Assembly: GCA_036280235.1 (NCBI GenBank)
Contig: DASURB010000024.1
Location: 15,298-79,297 of the forward strand
Direction: 5' to 3'
DNA: 64,000 nucleotides
Source: Nocardioides sp.
Lineage (GTDB): Bacteria > Actinomycetota > Actinomycetes > Propionibacteriales > Nocardioidaceae
Shown: positions 58,129 through 64,000 of the stretch, one piece after another
Layout: every line of letters begins with the position of its first letter
How positions within the stretch are numbered: the first letter of the stretch is position 1
The notes under the pieces: generated by a model
The model's database searches: none
What the model saw: the letters and a program-made list of their open reading frames with translations, nothing else
Told to the model about the DNA's origin: nothing
Position numbers and translations under genes: made by a program

Positions 58129-58836
58129 CTAGCCGGCCCCGGGGTCGTCCACCTCCCCGTCCGCCGCGGCCTCCGCCGCGTCATCCTCCTCGGGGCTCCG
58201 CCGTACGAGGAACGGCAGCGGGTTCCCGGCCGCGCGAGCACCCGACGACAGCCACTCCTGCACCTCCGTCGGGTGACGACGCTCCAGCTCGTCGAGGTAC
58301 AGCTGCCGAAGGCCGACCACCTCGAGCCGCCGCGCGGCGCCCCGGCTCGTCTCCAGACGCACGAAGCTGCGTCGCCATGCGTGGCAGAGCGCCTCGTCAT
58401 CGAGGGTACGGACCGCGTCGACGTCGACCATCCCCGGCAGCAGGGAGTCGAGCTGCGCAACGCTGCCGTCCGGTTCGACCTCCTCGGGTACGGCGAGCTC
58501 CTCCTCAGGTTCGGGTCGGCCCGTGCGCAGGAGGATGCTCGCCGCCGGTGAGGTCACGGCGAGCAGGACCAGGAGGAAGGCACCCGACCAGCCGAGCGCC
58601 GCGAGCAGTCCCGCGGCCGCCATCAGGCCCAGCGCCGTCCAGCACCCGGCGCGTACCGACGCCCGGAGCCTTCTGCCCGCGGCCAGCGAGATGAGGAACC
58701 CGGGCAGGAAGAAGGCGACCGACGACGCCGCGGGCCCTGCCACGCCCCACACGACGACAGCGCAACCCAGGCCCAACGCGATCGTCATGCCCGCGGCGAT
58801 CTTCCAGACACTGTGGTGAGTCCGCCATCGACCCAT
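58129..58836 (-). CDS. Hypothetical membrane protein with helical C-terminal domain
   Basis: 4 TM then LCHAWRRSF..RQLYLDELERRHP..WL. Confidence 0.7.
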   Translation of the reverse strand: MGRWRTHHSVWKIAAGMTIALGLGCAVVVWGVAGPAASSVAFFLPGFLISLAAGRRLRASVRAGCWTALGLMAAAGLLAALGWSGAFLLVLLAVTSPAASILLRTGRPEPEEELAVPEEVEPDGSVAQLDSLLPGMVDVDAVRTLDDEALCHAWRRSFVRLETSRGAARRLEVVGLRQLYLDELERRHPTEVQEWLSSGARAAGNPLPFLVRRSPEEDDAAEAAADGEVDDPGAG

Positions 58837-58903
58837 CGCGCCGCTCCCGCCTCCTGTCCGCACCATCGCAAGCGGAGCGTGCCGCAGCCCCGCAGCGTCG
58901 ACG

Positions 58904-58968
58904 TCACCCGATGCAGGTGACGGGCGGGACGCCGGCACGCCGCGCCGCGTCTCGCCCGTAACAGGCGA
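58904..58968. promoter_or_regulatory. Two 17-bp sites serving divergent promoters
   Basis: TCACCCGATGCAGGTGA (58904; CACGCT 22 bp away on minus strand) and TCGCCCGTAACAGGCGA (58952; GAGTTT 22 bp away on plus strand). Confidence 0.72.
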
Positions 58969-59031
58969 TGCCCCGACGGCGCGTCGGCCGGAGTTTGAGG
59001 ACGACGACACGGTCTCTGGAGGGAGAGTCAG

Positions 59032-59334
59032 ATGCCCGGACTGCTGCGAGGAGTCGCACGCACGGCGGTGGTCGCCGGCACGGCGAGTGCGGTGAACGGT
59101 CGCGTGCAGCGACGACAGGCCGAGAAGTTCGCCGAGCGCGACGCGCACATCGCTGCTTCGCGCCAGCAGGCGTACGCGGCCGAGCAGGGTTACGGCCAGC
59201 CGGCGCCGCCACCGCCGCAGCCGGCCGCCGAAGACCGGCTCGCGCAGCTCGAGCGGCTCGGCCAGCTGCAGGCGCAGGGTGTGCTCAGCCCGGAGGAGTT
59301 CGCGGCCGAGAAGGCTCGCATTCTCGGGTCCTGA
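59032..59334 (+). CDS. SHOCT domain protein
   Basis: MPGLLRGVARTAVVAGTA; QLERLGQL..QGVLSPEEFAAEKARIL. Confidence 0.88.
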   Translation: MPGLLRGVARTAVVAGTASAVNGRVQRRQAEKFAERDAHIAASRQQAYAAEQGYGQPAPPPPQPAAEDRLAQLERLGQLQAQGVLSPEEFAAEKARILGS

Positions 59335-59349
59335 GTCTCCGAGACGAGG

Positions 59350-59961
59350 ATGCCGGTGAGCCGGGAAGACGCGGACCAGCCGTTCCTCCCCGCGGACGGG
59401 TCCGCCGAACGCCGGCACAAGGACCGGCGTGCCACGGCCCGGGCGCTCCTGAGCTCGGGCGTGGTCTCGGGAGTGGTCGTGCTCGCCTACTTCCTGCTCC
59501 CGCTGTCCTCCTCGCTGACCGGGGACACCCCGCTCGTGCTCGCCGGGGGCCTCCTCGTCGTCGCCGTGCTGCTCTGGTGGCACGTGCGGTCGATCATCCA
59601 GTCTCCCCACCCGATACTCCGGGCCGTCACGGCGTTGGCCACGACGGTGCCCGTGTTCATCGTCCTGTTCGCCGGGACGTACTTCGTGATGGGCAGCACC
59701 GATCCGGCGCAGTTCTCGGAGCCGTTGTCGCGTCTCGACTCCGTCTACTACACGGTGACCATCTTCGCGACGGTCGGGTTCGGCGACATCACGCCCCTCT
59801 CTGCGCCGGCTCGCGCGACGACGACGCTGCAGATGGTGGGCGACCTCGTCCTGGTCGGTCTCGTCGTGCAGGTGATCGTCGGGGCGATGCGTCAGGGCAT
59901 CCGGCGCAAGGAGGGCGAGGCAGCCTCCTCCGCCGCCGACGTACCGGAGGACTCGCTGTGA
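59350..59961 (+). CDS. Potassium channel family protein (Ion_trans_2)
   Basis: YYTVTIFATVGFGDI selectivity filter. Confidence 0.88.
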   Translation: MPVSREDADQPFLPADGSAERRHKDRRATARALLSSGVVSGVVVLAYFLLPLSSSLTGDTPLVLAGGLLVVAVLLWWHVRSIIQSPHPILRAVTALATTVPVFIVLFAGTYFVMGSTDPAQFSEPLSRLDSVYYTVTIFATVGFGDITPLSAPARATTTLQMVGDLVLVGLVVQVIVGAMRQGIRRKEGEAASSAADVPEDSL

Positions 59962-59974
59962 GCCCCGACCGACG

Positions 59975-59991
59975 TCACCCGCTTCGGGTGT
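59975..59991 (+). promoter_or_regulatory. 17-bp site upstream of lipoprotein gene
   Basis: TCACCCGCTTCGGGTGT; GATCCT 22 bp downstream. Confidence 0.68.
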
Positions 59992-60037
59992 CCGGGTGGA
60001 CGGGCCGCGGACGGATCCTTCACGTGGAGGGAGCGCC

Positions 60038-60487
60038 ATGACTGAGACGAGGAACCGCACCCGGACGAGGGGCACAGCCTGTGCCGTGGGCATCGTGGCT
60101 TGCTTGGTGGTCACGGGATGTGGCGGCAACTCGGGAGCCACGCGTAGCTCGGCGGCGGACGCCGATGCCTGTGACGCACTGAGCAGGTTCGACAACTCGT
60201 TCGAGGCGACGGTCTCCGCGGTCAAGAGCGCCGACACCAACGCCATCCACGCGTCGGTGGCCGGCCTGAAGCAGGAGTACCTCGCCGTCCAGCAGGCCCT
60301 CCAGGCACAGGCACCCGAGGTGCACGAGCAGGTCACCGCCGCGATGACCAAGCTGAGCCAGGCCGTCGCCCGACTGCCGCGAGACGCGAGTGCCGAGCGG
60401 GTCCAGGCCGGGGTGAGCAAGCAGGTCGACGGGGTGCAGGACGCCGTCGACGACGCCATGACGAAACTGGAATGCCCGTCGTCCTGA
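60038..60487 (+). CDS. Helical lipoprotein, hypothetical
   Basis: Lipobox VTGC; two further Cys; GGAGG RBS. Confidence 0.7.
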   Translation: MTETRNRTRTRGTACAVGIVACLVVTGCGGNSGATRSSAADADACDALSRFDNSFEATVSAVKSADTNAIHASVAGLKQEYLAVQQALQAQAPEVHEQVTAAMTKLSQAVARLPRDASAERVQAGVSKQVDGVQDAVDDAMTKLECPSS

Positions 60488-60547
60488 AGCCGGGTCACAC
60501 GCGGCTCCAGAACGACGGGCGTGGTGGTCCTGCGCGCTGAGCTGTGC

Positions 60548-60997
60548 TCAGCTGGCCGCAGCGTGCTGCGGCGGCGACGCCTGCGCCGGCGGCGCCGTCG
60601 TCGTTCCCCCGAGCACGCGCTGCTTGGCCGCTTCGTACTCCTGCGGTGTCAGGTGTCCCTTGTCGCGCATGTCGGCGAGCCGGCTGAGCTCGTCGGCGAC
60701 GCCGCCCCCCTTGTCCGAGGCGGCCACGTCTCGCACGTAGCTGCGGAACATCTGCTCGTTGCGCGCGGCCTCGCGCGCCGAGCGCTCCTGCATGGTCCGA
60801 CCCCGGGCGATGAGGTAGGTGAGCACGCCCAGCCACGGCAGCAGGATCACGAAGATGCACCACATGGCCTTCGCAAAGCCCGACAGGTTCTCATCCCGGA
60901 ACACGTCACTGATGATCGCGATCAACAGCCAGAACCACGCAACCAGCAGCATGAACCAGAAGATGGAGACCATCACCTCCCAGACATTCATTCGCAT
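60548..60997 (-). CDS. PLDc_N plus SHOCT membrane protein
   Basis: DVFRD..LSG..K..W...LPWLGVLTYLIARG; ELSRLADMRDKGHLTPQEYEAAK. Confidence 0.85.
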   Translation of the reverse strand: MRMNVWEVMVSIFWFMLLVAWFWLLIAIISDVFRDENLSGFAKAMWCIFVILLPWLGVLTYLIARGRTMQERSAREAARNEQMFRSYVRDVAASDKGGGVADELSRLADMRDKGHLTPQEYEAAKQRVLGGTTTAPPAQASPPQHAAAS

Positions 60998-61080
60998 GCC
61001 TTCCCTTCTCGTGGCGGCTCAGGACCGGCTGTCCAGCCGCATCGCACAGTGAAGTCTGCGAGCGGAGGCCGACTCCCCCT

Positions 61081-61097
61081 TCCCCCGAAACGGACCA
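61081..61097 (-). promoter_or_regulatory. 17-bp site upstream of PLDc_N/SHOCT gene
   Basis: TCCCCCGAAACGGACCA; minus-strand CAGACT 22 bp away. Confidence 0.55.
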
Positions 61098-61121
61098 TCG
61101 GCCCCGAGCCGGCCGTCCGGC

Positions 61122-61967
61122 CTACCGCTGCAGCGCACCCTCGACAAAAGGCTCGAAGTGGGACATCTGCAGGTCCGCGCCGTGGATCACCAGACAGCTC
61201 GACTCCGGAACCTCGCGCCACGCGCCCCTGAGTCCGCCCAACGGCTCCGAGACCACCAGCCGCGCGTCCTCCGACAGGTCCCGCAGCATCGGGTTGTCGG
61301 GGTGCTGCTCCCGCAGTGCCGCGACGTCGGTGCTGTGGAAGAGCGACCGGGACATGCCCTCGCTGGAGTAGCGGAACGCCCACGTCGTCTCGCCGTCCGT
61401 CGTGCAGACGGTCATCTGCATGGGATAGGTGACTGAGTGCCGCCGCGCGGTCTCCTCCACGAACCCGACGGCGCGTGCCACGGCCGCAGGCGGGTCCTCC
61501 TCCAGTCCGAAGGTCCGGGCCAGGAAGAAGAGCATCTCGGTGTCCGTCGTGCCCTCGATGTCCGCGTAGAGGCGTGGATCCACGGCGATGGCGAGGTCGC
61601 GCTTCATCTCCCGGAACCCCTCGATGTACCCGTTGTGCATGAACAGCCAGTTCTCGTGACGGAACGGGTGGCAGTTCGTCTGCTGCACCGGCGAGCCGAT
61701 CGCGGCTCGGATGTGCGCGAACACCCTGGGAGAGCGCACGTGGGCGGAGATCTCGTGGAGGTTGCGGTCGTTCCAGGCCGGCTCGATGCTCCGGAAGACC
61801 CCCGGCACCGGCCCCTCGCCGTACCAGCCGACGCCGAAGCCGTCACCGTTCGTGGGCTCCGCTCCACGCGTCGAGCGCAGGCTCTGGACGATGAGGGAGT
61901 GCTCCGGTCTGTACAGCAGGTCCTCGAGGAGGACCGGTCCGCCGGAGTACGCCAGCCAACGACACAT
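61122..61967 (-). CDS. Class II glutamine amidotransferase (EgtC/Dug3-like Ntn hydrolase)
   Basis: MCRWLAY (Cys2 nucleophile), NGDGFGVGWY, AHIRAA, NCHPF, HNG, GTTDTE. Confidence 0.9.
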   Translation of the reverse strand: MCRWLAYSGGPVLLEDLLYRPEHSLIVQSLRSTRGAEPTNGDGFGVGWYGEGPVPGVFRSIEPAWNDRNLHEISAHVRSPRVFAHIRAAIGSPVQQTNCHPFRHENWLFMHNGYIEGFREMKRDLAIAVDPRLYADIEGTTDTEMLFFLARTFGLEEDPPAAVARAVGFVEETARRHSVTYPMQMTVCTTDGETTWAFRYSSEGMSRSLFHSTDVAALREQHPDNPMLRDLSEDARLVVSEPLGGLRGAWREVPESSCLVIHGADLQMSHFEPFVEGALQR

Positions 61968-62029
61968 CTCTTCTCCCTGGTCACCCGGGTCTGTTGCCAG
62001 CACTCCACAGCCCCGAGAGGTCCGCGTGA

Positions 62030-62068
62030 TCGTCCGAAGCGTGTGAGGCGCGGCCCTCGAGAGGGTGA
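62030..62068. promoter_or_regulatory. Degenerate 17-bp sites in the divergent amidotransferase/ligase spacer
   Basis: TCGTCCGAAGCGTGTGA (62030) and GGCCCTCGAGAGGGTGA (62052); GACGGT at 62070 lies 5 nt before ATG 62081. Confidence 0.45.
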
Positions 62069-62080
62069 CGACGGTGGGAC

Positions 62081-63256
62081 ATGCGCGAACCGTTGACCCG
62101 GACCACCGCCGCGCAGGAGCGGTTGCCTGCCCTGCGCACGGTCGGAGTCGAGGAGGAGCTCCTGCTCGTGGACGCCGAGACCGGTCGCCCGCTCACGCGG
62201 GGGTCCGGGGTCATCAGCCGAGCCCCCGCCCTCGTGCGCACCACCGGAGCCGGCGGCGTGGGAGAGTGGCTCGGCCCTCCCGCCGGGCACGTCGCGAGCG
62301 AGCTGCAACAGCAGCAGGTCGAGATCGCCACGGCACCGCGCACGGCGCCGCTCGGCCTGGAGCAGGACCTGCGAGCCTGGCGCGCCGCCGCCGGCGCCGC
62401 GGCCGAGGAGCTGGGCGCTCGGGTCGTGGCGACCGGGATGTCCCCTCTGCCCTTCACGCCGGCGCCGACGGCCGACCGGCGGTACGCCGCCATCATGGAG
62501 CACTTCGGGCTCACGGCCCGGCAGCAGCTCACGTGCGGCTGCCACGTGCACGTGGGCGTCGCCTCGGACGACGAGGCGGTCGGCGTCCTCGACCGGATCA
62601 GGCCGTGGCTGCCCGTGCTGCTCGCGATCAGCACCAACTCGCCTTACTACGCGGGTGAGGACACCGGCTTCGCCAGCTTCCGGTCGCAGGCCTGGGCACG
62701 GTGGCCGACCGCCGGCCCGCCGGAGCGGTTCGGGTCGGCCCGCAGGTACCACGCGTTCGTCGACCAGCTGCTGAGCACCGGCGTCCCACTCGACCACAAG
62801 ATGGTCTACTTCGACGCCAGGCTGTCGCCGACGTTCCCCACGATCGAGATCCGCGTGGCCGACGTGTGCCTCGACGTCCAGGACTCCGTGCTGGTCGCGG
62901 CGCTGTGCCGCGGCCTCGTCGAGACCGCGGCCCGGGCGTGGGCAGCCGGCGACGAGGCGCCCGACGTACCCACCGAGCTCCTGCGCCTGGCCACGTGGCG
63001 GGCCGGCCACGACGGGGTCGACGGCGCCCTGCTCGACCCGTTCACGGCGCTCCCCCACCCCGCGACCGAGGTCCTCGGCCAGCTCCTGGAGTACGTCGAA
63101 CCCGCCCTCCTCGAAGCCGGCGACCTCTACTTCGTGGAGCGCCAGCTCAGCGCCGTCCTGAAACGCGGCACCGGTGCCTGGCGCCAGCGCGAGCTCGCCG
63201 CCGACCGCGACCTCCCCGCCGTCGTCGCCGCCCTCGCCCGCGCCACCCTCGCGTGA
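62081..63256 (+). CDS. Glutamate--cysteine ligase 2 / YbdK carboxylate-amine ligase
   Basis: TVGVEEELLLVD, QQVEIAT, CGCHVHVG, NSPY, YFDARLS, TIEIRVAD. Confidence 0.92.
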   Translation: MREPLTRTTAAQERLPALRTVGVEEELLLVDAETGRPLTRGSGVISRAPALVRTTGAGGVGEWLGPPAGHVASELQQQQVEIATAPRTAPLGLEQDLRAWRAAAGAAAEELGARVVATGMSPLPFTPAPTADRRYAAIMEHFGLTARQQLTCGCHVHVGVASDDEAVGVLDRIRPWLPVLLAISTNSPYYAGEDTGFASFRSQAWARWPTAGPPERFGSARRYHAFVDQLLSTGVPLDHKMVYFDARLSPTFPTIEIRVADVCLDVQDSVLVAALCRGLVETAARAWAAGDEAPDVPTELLRLATWRAGHDGVDGALLDPFTALPHPATEVLGQLLEYVEPALLEAGDLYFVERQLSAVLKRGTGAWRQRELAADRDLPAVVAALARATLA

Positions 63257-63295
63257 CGTGACTGCCCGGCTCACGGGTCCTCCGGACCCCACGCG

Positions 63296-63352
63296 CGAGG
63301 AGTCAGTTATTCAGCCTCGTCGGCGGCGTGTCGCGACACAAATGACCCCTCG
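63296..63352 (+). repeat. Dispersed inverted-repeat element, family A copy 3
   Basis: CGAGGAGTCAGTTATTCAGCCTCGTCGGCGGCGTGTCGCGACACAAATGACCCCTCG. Confidence 0.82.
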
Positions 63353-63371
63353 GCACCGGGCGGGTCGCCCG

Positions 63372-64000
63372 TCACCCCTCGAGGTGCAGCCGGTGCGAGT
63401 GCGCGGCCACCCGGTCGTCGGCCGGGGGAACGCTCAGCCGGTAGGTGCCGGGACGCGCTCCGGTGAACGTCACCCGTCCGGACGTTCCCGAGTCGTGCCG
63501 CTCGACCTTCACCCAACCGTCGACGGCCATGCGTTGCAGGGTCACCGCGGTGGTGATCGCCGGACGGACGCGTCCGTGCACGGCGTAGCGCTTCGGGGCG
63601 GTCCGAGTGCCGACGGCCTCGACGCGAGGTTTCACGAGGAAGTCGAGCACGAGGGCCTTGGTGCCCGCGGACGCGTCCCTGAGGGTGACCTCGGTGGGGT
63701 GCCGGTAGCCCCGGACGCGCAACGTGGTCCGGTCACCGTCACTGGTCAGCTCACGTCGCTGATGGTCTCCCGTGACGGTGTCGCGCACGACGACACCGAG
63801 GGCACGCCCGTCTACCGGCTGCCCCCGGCCGTCGCGCACGTGCAGCCGCATCTCGGTCGGCCGGCGCGGCACGAGCCCCTTCGGCGGGTCGACCGCAGTG
63901 ACCGTGATCCCGCCCGGGCCGCCGGGGCCAGGAGCTGCCGGCAGACCGGCGACGGTGAACTGGGCGTAGAAGATGTTGGAGTCGTCGTCCACGGTCGGCC
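63372..64000 (-). CDS. C-terminal part of a hypothetical, probably secreted beta-rich protein (5' end outside window)
   Basis: Open frame to the window edge; HGRVRPA..VTLQR..GW..GTYR Ig-like pattern. Confidence 0.55.
   Translation of the reverse strand, partial: PTVDDDSNIFYAQFTVAGLPAAPGPGGPGGITVTAVDPPKGLVPRRPTEMRLHVRDGRGQPVDGRALGVVVRDTVTGDHQRRELTSDGDRTTLRVRGYRHPTEVTLRDASAGTKALVLDFLVKPRVEAVGTRTAPKRYAVHGRVRPAITTAVTLQRMAVDGWVKVERHDSGTSGRVTFTGARPGTYRLSVPPADDRVAAHSHRLHLEG

Noticed and set aside
61122-63256. Ergothioneine biosynthesis cluster
   Set aside because: No egtB, egtD or egtE; genes are divergent and the ligase is YbdK-type

Overview
High-GC actinobacterial chromosomal DNA; gene order suggests a Nocardioides/Marmoricola-like organism (inference). 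About 1-32 kb is a largely conserved backbone (citE-like lyase, PhzF-family, mgtE-N/CBS, DUF1003, mrp, tatB, htrA, anti-sigma/sigE, O-methyltransferase, leucyl aminopeptidase, DUF3117, LOG-family, dapE/dapD/dapC, fdxA, VanW-family, mshB). It is interrupted by an unusual four-domain multicopper oxidase coupled to a Tat-signal protein and by a small Hfq/Sm-like ORF. About 32-48 kb holds accessory genes: a sulfonate-type ABC/monooxygenase operon, aqpZ, a GGDEF-EAL gene plus orphan binding protein, and MMPL/MarR. About 48.4-63.3 kb is a distinct cluster with two paralogous MalT-like LuxR ATPase regulators and many small uncharacterised membrane proteins. A 17-bp palindrome (TCACCCG-N3-CGGGTGA consensus) lies 22-23 bp upstream of a -10-like hexamer in front of most transcription units there, which points to a self-contained, apparently uncharacterised regulon. 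Several small intergenic inverted-repeat families are present. I saw no rRNA, tRNA, CRISPR array, integrase or transposase. All calls come from reading motifs by eye; no database searches were run.
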